This document shows, one piece after another, positions 1-21,260 of a DNA stretch of 64,000 bases (its first letter is position 1; each line of letters begins with the position of its first letter). The DNA lies in contig OZ024741.1 of NCBI GenBank assembly GCA_964016885.1, forward strand, positions 63,860,001-63,924,000, read 5' to 3'. The notes below the pieces were generated by a model, which saw only the letters and a program-made list of their open reading frames with translations, did not search any database and was not told where the DNA came from. The stretch comes from Eledone cirrhosa. Lineage: Eukaryota. The position numbers were made by a program, and so were the translations under genes.

Positions 1-171
1 ACTGTACTCTATCAGCTCACATATAAATATATAAGACTTCTAGAGCAAGCGGAATGGAAATTTACTTCATCAACGAGCTTTTTCCTAGCGGATAAGAGGC
101 TAACTACAAGCGAAATACGCACATGGAATCCGGCAAGGGAGATAACCTCTACATCCGCGAAAACTATTCGA

Positions 172-175
<4 letters not shown>

Positions 176-245
<70 letters not shown>
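176..245. repeat. (GA)n microsatellite
   Basis: Uninterrupted GA run; explains the ERER/SLSL ORFs in the track. Confidence 0.97.
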
Positions 246-249
<4 letters not shown>

Positions 250-267
250 AGAACTATATTTATAATA

Positions 268-937
268 CAGTGCATCTTCGCTTATCCGGATATCGCTTTT
301 CCGAAATTCGATTTACCGGACGGCTATTTCTATACTACCTCCGGATGAGGAGGACTTGATTTCGGCAGACGGACAGATTCAGGCAACATTTCTTCCGGCG
401 AACGTTATGTCACTTATTCAACCAATGGACCAGGGACTTTTGGAAACACTAAAGCAAATTTACAGAAAACAATCGCTGCGGGATTTGATCGGAAAAGAGG
501 ACACAGGAATGATTTCATTTTTACGTGCGATAAACATGAGGGAGGTGGTTGACCGTTCAGCTGTTGCGTGGAAATGGTAGCGGGAAATGGTAGCGGAACG
601 ACGAGCTTCGGCGCGAAAACAATCTTCTATTTATTCATTTTTATAAAAGTACTAACTTTTTTATGGTTTGACTCAATTCAGTTTTACCAAGTTTTTAGTT
701 ATTCTTATGTTTGTTTAATTAATTTTCTCATAAATTCTAGCTGTTCTTTTGTTATTCTAATAAACTTTCTTTACTTAGCATTTTTATTTTATTTTGACTA
801 AAAGAAGCCAAAACATTAGAAACCACGAGCATTATGAAACAATGGGATTTTAGAATTCACTTATCCGGATATTTCACTTAACCGGATCTTTTTCTAACTG
901 TTTGGTTTTGACCGCACGGATAAGCGAAGATTCACTG
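268..937 (+). mobile_element. pogo/Tigger-type DNA transposon, internally deleted
   Basis: 21-bp TIRs CAGTG(C/A)ATCTTCGCTTATCCG at 268-288 and 917-937, TA on both sides. ORF 356-580 has FLPANVMSLIQPMDQGLLETLKQIYRK, the pogo/Tigger DDE_1 motif. Confidence 0.88.
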
Positions 938-1166
938 TAGCTGTCGGATAAAAGACACAAGTAATTAATATATATTCTACTGTAGGTGTTAGCTGTCTCT
1001 TGTTTGACTTAGAATGTATCATCTTCGCACGAAAGATACGTCCATAATTAAGAATGTATTATCAATTTTTAATCTTATTTATTTTTTCACAGTATGAATT
1101 TTGCATATTTCATATAGATACGTATCTAAGTTTGCGTATGTAAATGTATATGTATATATGTTTAAC

Positions 1167-1235
<69 letters not shown>

Positions 1236-1301
1236 AAATAAGTTATTGGGATAAAAAATGGGGGGGGGGGACATATAAACAGACACGAAGGGTGAAGCAT
1301 T

Positions 1302-2160
1302 AGTAAATCATCTAACCACCCTCCTCCCATCCTCAACTCTATAGTGAGGAGCGTCTCTCATAGAATCTGGAGGCTTTCAGCTAACGAAGATATATTTAAC
1401 AGCACTGCAGAGTACTATAACAGTGTGCTGGCAGCGTCTGGCTATAATAATTGTTTCTACAGTTGACACAAGGCCAGCAATTATCCCAGTGCATTACTGG
1501 TACTTTATTTTATCGACCCCGTAACGATGAAAGGCAAAGTTAACCGCGGCGGGATTTGAACTCAGATCATAAAGGGCCGTAACTTTTTGCGGCAAAGCAT
1601 CACGTCCGACCCTCTACCGATACTGCCAATCCACCGTCTGGCTATAATAATAAAATCTCTTACATCCAGGCTGTTAACTCATCTAAAATCCCATTTAATA
1701 TTAATAACATAATCGCACAACGCACTAACCTTATTAACGATCAGATTAATAAAAATAGACTAGAATAAATTATTAGCTCTGAGAAATGTCACCATAGTGA
1801 TAGAATAGCTAGGTCCTGCCATAATAACCAACCTTCCTCCCCTAATAAAGTTGGAGCAACTAACCTAGATATATTCCCTGCTTATCGATTATAGACGCAA
1901 TAATGGGGGTGGACTGCTACCTACGCCTACTAATAAGCAGTTATCTCCCATTACATTGAACGATCGTGGGTTTACCTCCCCTTTAGGAAGTGACTGTTTC
2001 TACACAGTTGATTTTTCCTTTTCGTACAACCTCATTTAAACTGAGCTGATGATGCGAATAAGGTGAAACAACTGTTCCCGGTAATGGTGAATTAACTGTT
2101 GTGGAACCACTTCTACCAAACTCGTCCCATGGACTGAGTGCTCTACTACTACAGATATAA
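1302..2160 (+). mobile_element. Degenerate Naiad-type Penelope-like fragment, interrupted by a SINE
   Basis: 1302-1450 translates SKSSNHPPPILNSIVRSVSHRIWRLSANEDIFNSTAEYYNSVLAASGYN, matching the thumb region of the PLE ORFs at 13526 and 47262. Degenerate CTGATGA..GAAA motif near 2046-2068. Right boundary approximate. Confidence 0.7.
1452..1634 (-). mobile_element. tRNA-derived SINE family 1 (Nin/Deu-like central domain), 17-bp TSD
   Basis: A/B boxes (TGGCAGTATCGG, GAGTTCAAATCC) and TTGCCTTTCATC..GGGGTCGATAAAATAAAGTACCAG domain. TSD CGTCTGGCTATAATAAT at 1435-1451 and 1635-1651. Confidence 0.9.
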
Positions 2161-2188
2161 CCGTCCCAGTGTACTACTATTATATATA

Positions 2189-2373
2189 GAGCGGTGAATT
2201 GGCAGTATCGATAGAGGGTCGGACGCCATGCTTTCCAGCATAGTTACGTCTCTTTACGGTCTGAGTTCAAATCCCGTCGAGGTTAACTTTTCCTTTCATC
2301 CTTACAGGGTCGATAAAATAAAGTACCAGTAATGTACTGGGTCATTGTTGGCCTTGTGCCTAAAGTAGAAACA

Positions 2374-2412
<39 letters not shown>
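2189..2412 (+). mobile_element. SINE family 1 with (ATT)n tail
   Basis: Same sequence family as 1452-1634, ending AGTAGAAACA(ATT)n. Confidence 0.9.
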
Positions 2413-2550
2413 GTACGCATGGAGATTAATTACTAATGAAAAACTACACACACAGCAGAGTTATACATATATTATATAATCGATTATATAACTAAGTTAT
2501 AACTTCTTATATACATACACAGATTTATAGATTCAGACATATACCCATGC

Positions 2551-2581
<31 letters not shown>

Positions 2582-3095
2582 TGTATGTATGTATGTATGT
2601 ATGTACGTATGTATGTATCTATGTCGGGTCACTCTTGAATGCTACTGGTAACATGTAACCCAGTACAACCTGTCGCATGGTTGGATCGTCGGCGACTAAA
2701 CAACTATTAGATATATTTATATATATATGTGTGTGCGTGTGTTGGTGTGTGTCTGTATGTGTATGTGTGTGTATTCACATATATAATATATAGATTGCCG
2801 TGTTGTGTATGGAGTAACCACAGATAAAAAAGGTACTCAATACATTGGTAGAGTTTAGGTACAAATGAAATGATTTGGTACAAATGAAACAGAAGTGATT
2901 TCTATATAAAATAGAATAATTACACACACGCACACGCGCGCACACACACGCACACGCGCGCACACACACGGATATATATATATATATATATATTTAAGGA
3001 ACGATCGACTTTCGTCAAATCGGACCGAGGGAACAATGTTTCCGTTGGTCTTTCCAATTGCTAATACTATCTATCGGTCGCAACTCCAGGTAGAA

Positions 3096-6443
<3,348 letters not shown>

Positions 6444-6494
6444 GGGGGGGGGGGGGGTGCGCGCGTGGGCGTGTGTGTAATTATTCTATATATA

Positions 6495-8330
6495 TATATT
6501 AAAATATAAGTATTATTAAAATAGATGTTGTTTTGATCAATTACATTTTATTATACATATTTCGGATGTACAACAGTACGTCCTCATGAGACAAAATATA
6601 ATGATACATGACATACCCTGAGATGTTAAATGGTTAAGATTTAATCAAGGTAGTGATTAACCCAAGAGAAAATTTTACTTATATCCTATTTATGAGAAAA
6701 TGCGAAAACGTAATAAATTCATTAGAGAATGTGTGAGTAATAAAAAACCTTGCATATTGTAACTGTTCTAAAAGTTTTAAAGTGTATGATACTACGATAT
6801 ATCTAGGAAAATGTCTCATGAATCATAACAGCCAGTGATAGCCACTGGAAAAGGATTTATAAAGAGGGAAAAATAAAGTGGGGGGGGGGGGATATATATG
6901 CAGAAGGAGATTTTTTCGAAAGTTATACGGTTAAATTTGAAAATATTTAATTTAATTTATAATGTTAGGGTGAAGACTCCAGATTTCAGGATTATTTGCT
7001 GGTTATTTATATATTATTTATATAAATTCGATAAGTGTTATCATTTCTAAACTTCTGAACATTATGAAGGTAACATTTAAAGGATTTAGCTGGCACATAA
7101 AGAATGAAATATTATACTGTTGATTATTTACCTAAATTCAAACTTTAACAAATATACCAACATATTAGCTATGTAAAGCTTTTGAAGTACTTATTGTTAT
7201 AAATATTTAAATAACTATTATGTATATAGGTATATATTAATTAGCCAGTATGTTTAAGGTAAATAATAACGAAGATAAGAATAAAATAAGATAATATATT
7301 GAAGGACGTTAAAGATAAATATATACCTATGTATAACTGGGTGTAAATGCACTAATTATTCTTCAACCAAGATATAAATATATTATTAGATACAGGGATG
7401 TATATATATAGATATATATTATGTATTATTAGTGTAGTATACTTTAGCTAAATGATAACAGTTATAATTTTATCAACATGTCACATTTAAATACATATAT
7501 ATATACATATAAGAAAAACAACAATGAGTACATGGATAATACAAGAGTGCAAAATAATGTCTATAATAATTTTTAGTTTGGATATTTTCTCTATATTTGA
7601 ATCATATATATAGAAATGTGGTAGGTATGTTTAAAAATATTTAAAAATATATAAAATATAATATATAACTACATACATATTATAATACATTATATTATAA
7701 ATAGATGAGAGATCGAAAGCGCAGCAAAAAATTCACATTTATATATAAGTTTGAATCCGTCTCAAATTTTAGATTTTATAGTGCAGTAAATATAATTAAA
7801 AGAAATATATGCTATATTATACTATAAATAATAGATCAAAAACTCATTTAGAGTAAAATTTAGAGTTATAGATAAGTTTCATAAAAATTTATGGATTGGG
7901 TATTAAACTAAAATTTAAAAGAGATCATAAATGTATTAAAAATTCACAGTTAAATAAATTCCGTAAATATGTAAGGATTAGGTATTATACTAAATTATAG
8001 GCATAGATAGGAAGATAGATGGAGAAATAAGGAGATAAAGAAATGATGGTATTGATCAAAGTTAACAAATAATGTTGTGTGTATCAATGTTTAGGCATGT
8101 TAATTGAAATATTGTCATTCATTCTAGCGTTGTTTCTTCTATAGATAGTTATAAAATAAAGCATTAATGTTTTTTTAATGTTTTTTTAACTGTTGATTAT
8201 ATATTCCTGGTAACCGAGTTGTTATTGGTTTGGTGTAATTGTTTCTTTCTTTCTCGTTTTATGTGAGGCTAAAAAAGTAATCTGAGCTTTTCGAATATTA
8301 ATAATAATATTCGATTCGTTTGCAATGTCA
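6495..8330 (-). mobile_element. Diverged copy of the 3' end/pLTR region of the Naiad at 16085-19085
   Basis: Colinear with 16085-17650. HHR at 6541-6601 has a mutated core CUCAUGA. Confidence 0.8.
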
Positions 8331-8375
8331 GTAGAATGAGCTCATCATTCTTGCTCATATGTTGGCATATAAACA

Positions 8376-8425
8376 GAACTGCAGACACTAATGTTTCTGG
8401 GTATTACCCTTCATCAGTACAGTTC
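8376..8425 (-). ncRNA. Type I hammerhead ribozyme, family C
   Basis: GAACUGUA-CUGAUGA-aGGGU aau ACCCa-GAAA-CA uuag UG-UC^UGCAGUUC. Lies between about 50-bp inverted repeats (8277-8326, 8501-8550). Confidence 0.87.
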
Positions 8426-8604
8426 ACTGGTCACCTACCAACTGTCAGAGCTAGTGAAAATATATGATATTTTCTAAAATATAAAGATGCTGTTTGCATA
8501 ATTGCAAACGAATCGAATATTATTATTAATATTCGAAAAGCTCAGATTACATTTATTGTATTCAGCCATGTAGAGTGATAATTTATATATATATATATGT
8601 GTAT

Positions 8605-9140
8605 ATATATAAATATAAGTATGTATACGTGCATACATATATGTGTACAGACGCATAGTAGTATGTATATAAATACATACATCCACACATATATCTATGT
8701 ATGTATGGGTTTACCGAACATTTATCATAATGTTCGGTTTGTTTGTAAACAAACAGCCCGAATTACGCCGTACAGTTTTCGGCAACCATCGCCGCCCTTT
8801 TGTTCAACACTGACACAGGAACGATGTACTAGTTTCAAGCTTATTAGCTATCGTCAGCGTCGTATACCTTTCTGTCAGATGATTGAACGTCTGAAAGTAT
8901 ATATTTTCCTAATGAATACTAACGACTGAGCAGCCTAATTTGCATATCGAGTGAGTTAGTCGGCCGGGTATACTGAAAACAATAAATGGAAAAGAATGAA
9001 ACGAAATTTCATTTCTCACTCTTAGTACGGCTGATACCTAAATATAAGTATGTATAATTATATATTATATTATATTTATATTTAGGTATCAACTATACTA
9101 AGAGCGAGAAATGAAATTTCGTTTCATTCTTTTCCATGTA
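8605..9140 (-). repeat. Diverged solo copy of the family A unit with HHR (8821-8863) and terminal fold-back
   Basis: Same unit as 3425-3846. Stem I is ACGAcG/CaUCGU, so a U-G pair has become A-U. About 8985-9140 is a hairpin. Confidence 0.85.
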
Positions 9141-9388
9141 TATATATATATATATAGTTAAACATATCTACATTTACATCCATAATATATACATTTACAT
9201 ACATTTACATACATAAACTTAGATACAGAACTATATGAGATGAACAAAATTCATATTGGGAAAGAATAAATAAAATAAAAAATTGATAATACATTCTTAA
9301 CTATGGATGTATCTTTCGTACGAAGGTGATAAATTCTAAGTCAAAACAAGAGACGGCTAACACCTTCAGCAGAACATATATTATATGT

Positions 9389-10905
<1,517 letters not shown>

Positions 10906-11639
10906 TACTTATATAAAATATAGAAATGGCTTAATCAGGGCTAGAACTGTTTCATTCGAAGGAAATCATACTAACAGACCATTCTCAGTCCAACACACAT
11001 GCGTAAACAGATTACACAGACACATCAACACGATCATATACAAATACACATTTATTTTTCCTAATGCTACTAATTAACTAACTTATACTAACACGTCTAA
11101 CCAGACTACACGCACAACTCAACCATGCACACTACACTCCTTTACTACCAAAACACACACACACACCACCACTACCACCACAGTATAAGCACAGCTCACG
11201 ATCCCATTCTCTCTTTCTGCGTCATCACATCTTCACCTTATAATACTTCCGTTCTTTGTGCGCCACACATCACCAACCCACCCATCCCTCCTCTGGCCAC
11301 TGTCTAAATAGCCCAGCAGTAATGCGCCAGCTTCAGCATTCGGTAATCTAAATGACGGAGGTAAGTGAATAAGTCACACTCGCTATCTTCAATTTGGTTT
11401 TCTTGCCAACCCTTCCCTATGGTCATGCATCTGGGATCTTCTATAGAAAATAGTATCCTAAGTCAACATGGAACAGCCGAACTCCCACTGTCATCGCCTC
11501 TATATCTCTCGCCCTCCTCATCTCTCCGTATGGTGAGCAAATGGGGTCCCAGGTGCTGGCTTCCCCACAGCCCCGGCGGACAGAATGGAGAAGGCGTTTC
11601 CCCGGAGGATGGTAAGGGAGATGCGCTGTCATGCATCTT

Positions 11640-12040
11640 GCATAATGACCGAAAAAATACGATCGCGAATGCAAGCGACCGAAATGGGGTCGGTACGAAG
11701 GGCCTTTGGACTAACGTTACTCGATAGATTGCGTGGCTCGGCGATCAGCGATTCACTTAAGGTAGAGCCACTACTTCTCCGAATTGAAAGATTATAGCTG
11801 TTATACTATGGGAATGTGGTACGAATGCCTCAGGAAAAAATCGCTGCGATGATTTTACGGGCAAACAAACTGGCAGGCGTCCCAGGTGTAGACCTCGAGC
11901 AAGTTGGTTGGATAACATCCATGAGCTTGGTTGATCATGCTTGGGAATCCAGTCGGATCAGTTCTGACAGTACTCGCTGAAAGGAGTGTTTGGGGTCTTT
12001 ACCCACACGACCATCTCAGGAATGATTAGGCGAAGAAGAT
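11640..12040 (+). mobile_element. RTE/Expander-clade LINE 3' fragment, degenerate
   Basis: MTEKIRSRMQATEMGSVRRAFGLTLLDRLRGSAISDSLKVEPLLLRIERL*..YYGNVVRMPQE..RPR..W resembles the RTE C-terminal region. Confidence 0.72.
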
Positions 12041-12142
12041 ATATGTATGTATATATATATATATATATATATAATCAAGGTTTAGCAAATAAGATAAAGT
12101 TTCAAAATAAATTTTAAAAAATTAACTGTACTTACTATGGTT

Positions 12143-12226
12143 ACCTTTACCGATTCGGTTTCGATTCTCAAAAATAAACGGAGTCCATACGGCCTTCGTT
12201 GCAGAGAAAGAATCTCGTCAGAAGGT
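12143..12226 (-). ncRNA. Type I hammerhead ribozyme, family E
   Basis: ACCUU-CUGACGA-GAUUCU..long loop..AGAAUC-GAAA-CCGA a UCGG-UA^AAGGU: all three stems pair, canonical core. Confidence 0.88.
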
Positions 12227-12401
12227 TCTTTTCATTCGGAGAATATAAAATTCTCGAATTCAAATTACGAACTGGCGCTATTCAAAATTGTTCCCGAGAT
12301 GAGAGTAAATGAAGTGGAATCAATTTTTTCAAGGGCCGAGTGTAAAGATAAAGGCAGAGGAAGAGAGGTCAGATGTATATGTATATGTATATGCATATGT
12401 A

Positions 12402-12440
<39 letters not shown>

Positions 12441-13525
12441 ATAATAATAAAATTGAAGACTAAAATCCAAAGAGGGCTCGATAAGGAAAATATATATCAA
12501 ATATATAAGAACCGTAGAGCAAATATTTATTAAAATAACAGATTAAAGTTTAAGCAAAGAATCGCTGCTTTCACCCTTAACGGGATCTTCTGAAACTAAC
12601 AAAGTCAATCTGTAAACGCAGAACTGGATATTTCAAAAAACGTTGCAACCGGAGGAAGACAGGAAGACGATACTTTGGTTCGTGGTAACGTTCGCTGGCA
12701 AAGAACGGGAAAAAACGAATAATACGTCATTAATAGGAGCGGTGAAAAACAATTACGCGCAAAGACAAAACCACGTTTATGGTATAAAAGAGGTCGTAGA
12801 CTAATGTTCTCTTAGGTGGTGCATGGAGATGATCTCTGGCAATGAACGAAAACACGAAGATAATAAGTCATATGTGGAGCGTGGAGAACAATAGCACGCA
12901 AAGACAAAACCACGTAAACGGTATAGCAGAAATCGTAGACTAAAATTCTAACTAGGAGACCAAATGAATCTCCGCTACAGAGTTAAGAACAAAGTAAATA
13001 AATACAATACAGAAGTAATAGAATCAAATAAATACATACACGCAAACAGATACGTACATACACAAGCATACGCAAAACCTTACCATGGGTATACAAAACC
13101 ACGCACATATAAATATGTGTGTGTGTGTATGCTTGTGTACAAATAAATAAATAATTATATAAACGTATATAAGTAAATAAATACGTATATAACAAGCGCA
13201 CACGCATACCTACATATAAATACACGAATGTTCGGAGACGTAAGTCAACTAAAACAAGAAGTACACATATACACACACCCACCATACGTACGAACCTGCA
13301 CACTCACGCGGACGCAAAACTCCCGTATACACATAGCCAAACCCTAAATACCAGGATATGTAAAAATTATACGCTATAACAGTCAAATATACGTACGAGA
13401 AGGTATACATACCTTCACAAAACATACGGGTAATATATACTTGCCTATGCAAATAAGTAAAGGAATAAACAAAACATATACTTAGCTCCCACTTCAAGAC
13501 GTAAAATATCCACGTATAGATCGTG

Positions 13526-14516
13526 CTATCCGTTAGGGTATAACGTGGGGCTGTAATACAGGAAAGTTTTGTGCAATTTATGTTTACAAGCCGAAATTGC
13601 CTCAGATTTTTTGTTTAAGATGTGGTCTGTAGCGTAGAGTATTTCCAGGGCCTCAGCGGCGCAGAGGTCACATGGTCTTTTATTTCCGTTATACGATCTA
13701 GCCCTAGCTAGGATCTCCCAGTGTAACTTATATTGGGTGTGGTTGTCTTTTAGACTCCAGATATAAGCTGAAAGTGACGTCATATTCCTTCTTAGAGGGT
13801 AACGAAAAGAATGGGTATGCATGTAAAGACGCTGCTTTAAACTATTGGCGGTTAACCCTATGTAGGCCCTACGGGACGTGGGTGTTACAACCTTACATTT
13901 GTAGACAATGTTACTAGAGAGGCATTTCCCGGATAGGGGGCAATCAGCCCGATTCCTACAATTACAGTTAGTACTAACTACAGGGTTGCACGTGTTCCTA
14001 CGGCTAGGTAGTTTAGCTAAATTTGAAGCTGTGATGTTATGTGCAAGGTTAGGAGTCGTAGAGTAAGAAATTTTAATAGTATTTCTATTAAAAATGTTAC
14101 TATGTTTATGTGTAGGGGGAAAATGCCTCGTAATAAGGGAAAGAAAGATCTTAGCTAATGGTGTGGCCACCTCCATATTATATGGTGGGTTAAACCAACA
14201 AATGCGACGGGATCTATTTCTTCTAGGTCTATTTTCGTGCTCTGTATATGCTACCTTATCGACAAATCCACTTCGAGCAAGAGCTTCATTGTAATAAGTG
14301 GAATGGTCGTTGAAAATGCGCTCGTTGGTGGAGAGACGGGAAAGCCTCAACGAAGCGTTTCTTACCAGGTTCTTGGTTATGCTGGCAGGATGGTTGGAAT
14401 GCTTACTTATGTAATTAAGCGTATCATTCGGCTTTCTATACGGGTAATACAACCCATTCAATAAATTGAGGGTAACGTCGAGGTAATTAACGACCGAGAG
14501 ATTGGCCTCAACCTGG
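13526..14516 (-). pseudogene. PLE RT thumb + Cys linker + GIY-YIG endonuclease, 5'-truncated
   Basis: VNYLDVTLNL..YPYRKPN..SNHP; WFNPPY; KISYS; CNCRNRADCPLSGKCL; IVY..AYIG..KQRLYMH; CDLCAAE. Motif set typical of Naiad-clade PLEs. Confidence 0.9.
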
Positions 14517-14889
14517 ATGTAAGGTTGTAACACCCACGTCCCGTAGGGCCTACATAGGGTTAACCGCCAATAGTTTCAAGCAGCGTCTTTACATGCATAC
14601 CCATTCTTTTCGTTACCCTCTAAGAAGGAACATGACGTCACTTTCAGCTTATATCTGGAGTCTAAAAGACAACCACACCCAATATAAGTTACACTGGGAG
14701 ATCCTAGCTAGGGCTAGATCGTATAACGGAAATAAAAGACCATGTGACCTCTGCGCCGCTGAGGCCCTGGAAATACTCTACGCTACAGACCACATCTTAA
14801 ACAAAAAATCTGAGGCAATTTCGGCTTGTAAACATAAATTGCACAAAACTTTCCTGTATTACAGCCCCACGTTATACCCTAACGGATAG
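14517..14889 (+). pseudogene. Inverted duplicate of the GIY-YIG C-terminus
   Basis: Peptide 14593-14889 is identical to the C-terminus of ORF 13526-14533. Confidence 0.9.
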
Positions 14890-15801
14890 CACAATCTATA
14901 CGTGGATATTTTACGTCTTGAAGTGGGAGCTAAGTATATGTTTTGTTTATTCCTTTACTTATTTGCATAGGTAAGTATATATTACCCGTATGTTTTGTGA
15001 GGGTATGTATACCTTCTCGTACGTATATTTGACTGTTATAGCATATAATTTTTACATATCCTGGTATTTAGGGTTTGGCTATGTGTATACGGGAGTTTTG
15101 CGTCCGCGTGAGTGTGCAGGTTCGTACGTATGGTGGGTGTGTGTATATGTGTACTTCTTGTTTTAGTTGACTTACGTCTCCGAACATTCGTGTATTTATA
15201 TGTAGGTATGCGTGTGCGCTTGTTATATACGCATTTATTTACTTATATACGTTTATATAATTATTTATTTATTTGTACACAAGCATACACACACACACAT
15301 ATTTATATGTGCGTGGTTTTGTATACCCATGGTAAGGTTTTGCGTATGCTTGTGTATGTACGTATCTGTTTGCGTGTATGTATTTATTTGATTCTATTAC
15401 TTCTGTATTGTATTTATTTACTTTATTCTTAACTCTGTAGCGGAGATTCATTTGGTCTCCTAGTTAGAATTTTAGTCTACGATTTCTGCTATACCGTTTA
15501 CGTGGTTTTGTCTTTGCGTGCTATTGTTCTCCACGCTCCACATATGACTTATTATCTTCGTGTTTTCGTTCATTGCCAGAGATCGTCTCCATGCACCACC
15601 TAAGAGAACATTAGTCTACGACCTCTTTTATACCATAAACGTGGTTTTGTCTTTGCGCGTAATTGTTTTTCACCGCTCCTATTAATGACGTATTATTCGT
15701 TTTTTCCCGTTCTTTGCCAGCGAACGTTACCACGAACCAAAGTATCGTCTTCCTGTCTTCCCCCGGTTGCAACGTTTTTTGAAATATCCAGTTCTGCGTT
15801 T

Positions 15802-15877
15802 ACAGATTGACTTTGTTAGTTTCAGAAGATCCCGTTAAGGGTGAAAGCAGCGATTCTTTGCTTAAACTTTAATCTGT
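15802..15877 (+). ncRNA. Type I HHR-like motif with variant core CAGAAGA, family F (mirror copy 12538-12613 on minus)
   Basis: ACAGAUU..AGUUU-CAGAAGA-uCCC guuaa GGGu-GAAA-GCAG..UUGC-UU^AAACU..AAUCUGU; U4A substitution. Confidence 0.65.
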
Positions 15878-15884
15878 TATTTTA

Positions 15885-15965
<81 letters not shown>

Positions 15966-15977
15966 TATGTAAATATT

Positions 15978-19085
<3,108 letters not shown>

Positions 19086-19372
19086 ATATATATATAGCAA
19101 AAGAATGAAGAATAACATGGTCGGCTATACAATAGGGTTTATTTACAGTATTAACAATTGTTTCATTAGTCAGGTGAGTCTAAAAGTCACTGATCGCTAG
19201 AAGCTACGTCATTCGACCTAGCTGGATTACCTTGAACGATACCTTGTTATCCTATATATATATATACCAGTCCGTCGGGTGCCATTCGGCGCCGCTGGTC
19301 ACAGCACGTGCTGTTTTATCCATACGATGACGCCATCCCACTGGCTGGGCGGCCGTAAGTCTAAAGTCTGTC

Positions 19373-19638
19373 TTAAGCAAGAAGACTTATTTGGCCGGTG
19401 CTTATCCCGGTTTCATGGCGTGAAGCGACTGAGAGTACAAGACTCCCCCTGGACAGGACGCCAGTCCATCGCAGGGTTAAACCTCCAGCTATTGCTGGTA
19501 CTCCTTTTCAGCTGAGCAAACTGGAGCAACGTGAAATAAAATGTCTTGCTCAAGGAAACAACACATCACCCGGTCCGAGAATTGAACTCACAACCTTTCG
19601 ATTGCAAACCTACTGCTCTAACCACTAAGCCATGCGCC

Positions 19639-19642
<4 letters not shown>
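19373..19642 (-). mobile_element. tRNA-derived SINE family 2
   Basis: A/B-box head plus TTTCCTTGAGCAAGACATTTTATTTCAC domain and longer 3' body. Confidence 0.82.
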
Positions 19643-19690
<48 letters not shown>

Positions 19691-20342
19691 TATATATATT
19701 AGCACGTATGTGTGGGTGTGGGTGTATGTGTGTGTGATTAATGACAAACACATGAAATTACATTTGAAAGCTGTAAACTTAATTCTATGGTAAAATGATT
19801 ATTTAATTGAAATTTAATTTTCTGTTACTACATTTTATGCTGTCTCGTAATCTGACAACTCATACATCACACTGATTCAGAGAAATACTGGTTTATAATT
19901 AGTGTGTTATGTCGTTTTAATTATAATCAATATTTTAATTCTATTCTATTTTTATGCATATGTACTTTTAGCATATAAATCTGAAATATTAAAAAGTGTG
20001 TACTTGTTATGCGGACAAGTGAAGCATGAAAGACAGAGAGTTTTGATAAGAAGGGAATTGAGAGAGAGAGAAAACTGTCGATAATATGATAAAGTTGTAG
20101 CGGTATGAGATAATACCTGTTTGGATATAAAAGTAAAAAGACAAGAAATTGAGTGGAAGCCCTAGACAAACATATTCAAACGCACACTCACATATGTGAT
20201 ACACTGAGAACTGCAGCTGGTAACGTTTTCAGTAGGGATATTAATACAAATGGTGGTGGTTGTGGTAGTGGTCGTCGTCGTCGTCTTAGTAGTAGTGATA
20301 CTAGTAAGAAGGCTGATTTTGTTTTAGCAAAATTATTTGACG

Positions 20343-20522
20343 GATTGGCAGTACAGGTAGAGAGTCGGACTCCATGCTTTCCAGCATAGTTACGTCGCTT
20401 TACGATCTGAGTTCAAATCCCCCCGAGGTTAACTTTGCCTTTCATCCTTACGGGGTCAATAAAATAAAGTACCAGTAATGTACTGGTTAATTGCTGGCCT
20501 TGTGCCAAAAGTAGAAACAATT
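20343..20522 (+). mobile_element. SINE family 1 with TSD
   Basis: TSD AATTATTTGACG at 20331-20342 and 20519-20530. Confidence 0.88.
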
Positions 20523-20696
20523 ATTTGACGCATACGCTTTTGTACAAATAATTATTCTCTGCTAGACAAAACCTTTTACAAAGAATTCAGTTTACACTTA
20601 GATTAGAAAATTTATAAAACACAGAGGTAAATATTTAATAAGATAGCGGTTAATATGCTAAAATAAATATTTAGTCATAGAAAATCATCTACTATA

Positions 20697-20860
20697 ATAA
20701 TTGTTTCTACTTTTGGCACAAGGCGAGCAATAAACCAGTGTATTACTGGTACTTTATTTTATCGACCCCGTAAGGATGAAAGGCAAAGTTAACCTCGGCG
20801 GGATTTGAACTCAGAATGGCAATGCCATAACTCAATGCGTCAAAGCAGGGCGTCCGAAGC
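20697..20860 (-). mobile_element. SINE family 1
   Basis: Family match (tail, central domain, B box). Confidence 0.85.
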
Positions 20861-21037
20861 CAATGTGTATATATTTATTTATTTATTTGTATATTTGTCA
20901 GTCACACGCTGAAAGGGAGATGACTAAGGAAGGAAAAACGTCGTGACAAACTATAGCAAACAGAGACCAGCGTTCTAAGATTTCCTACACTTGTGTGTAT
21001 ATTTGTACCGAATTGGCTATTATTATTGTGTTGGTGA

Positions 21038-21260
21038 GGGCGGTGGATTGGCAGTATCGGTAGAGGGTCGGACGCAATGCTTTGCAGCATAGAGTTACGG
21101 CCCTTTATGGTCTGAGTTCAAATCCCGCCGAGGTTAACTTTGCCTTTCATCCTGACGGGGTCGATAAACTGAAGTACCAGTCACGCACTGGGGTCAATTT
21201 CATTGACTTTTCCCTACCCCAAAAATTGCTGGCCTTGTGCCTAAATAAGAAACCATTATT
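21038..21260 (+). mobile_element. SINE family 1, long variant
   Basis: Full head GGGCGGTGGATTGGCAGTATCGG and extended 3' domain. Confidence 0.88.

Larger units (their letters stand above)
12438..15892 (-). mobile_element. 5'-truncated Naiad-type Penelope-like element with inverted 3' duplication
   Basis: Arms 12523-13898 and 14517-15892 are reverse complements (1376 bp, few mismatches); flanked by (TA)n on both sides. Confidence 0.92.

Noticed and set aside
980-1080. HHR in the dispersed repeat shared with 9280-9380
   Set aside because: GAAA and a hairpin are present, but no core and the site reads UCCA rather than NUH.
2620-2701. HDV-like or twister ribozyme at the RTE-like 5' tip
   Set aside because: Only local hairpins; I could not build either pseudoknot.
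19141-19200. GAAACAAUUGUU half motif on minus
   Set aside because: No CUGANGA or UUGANAA half upstream; at most a fragment.
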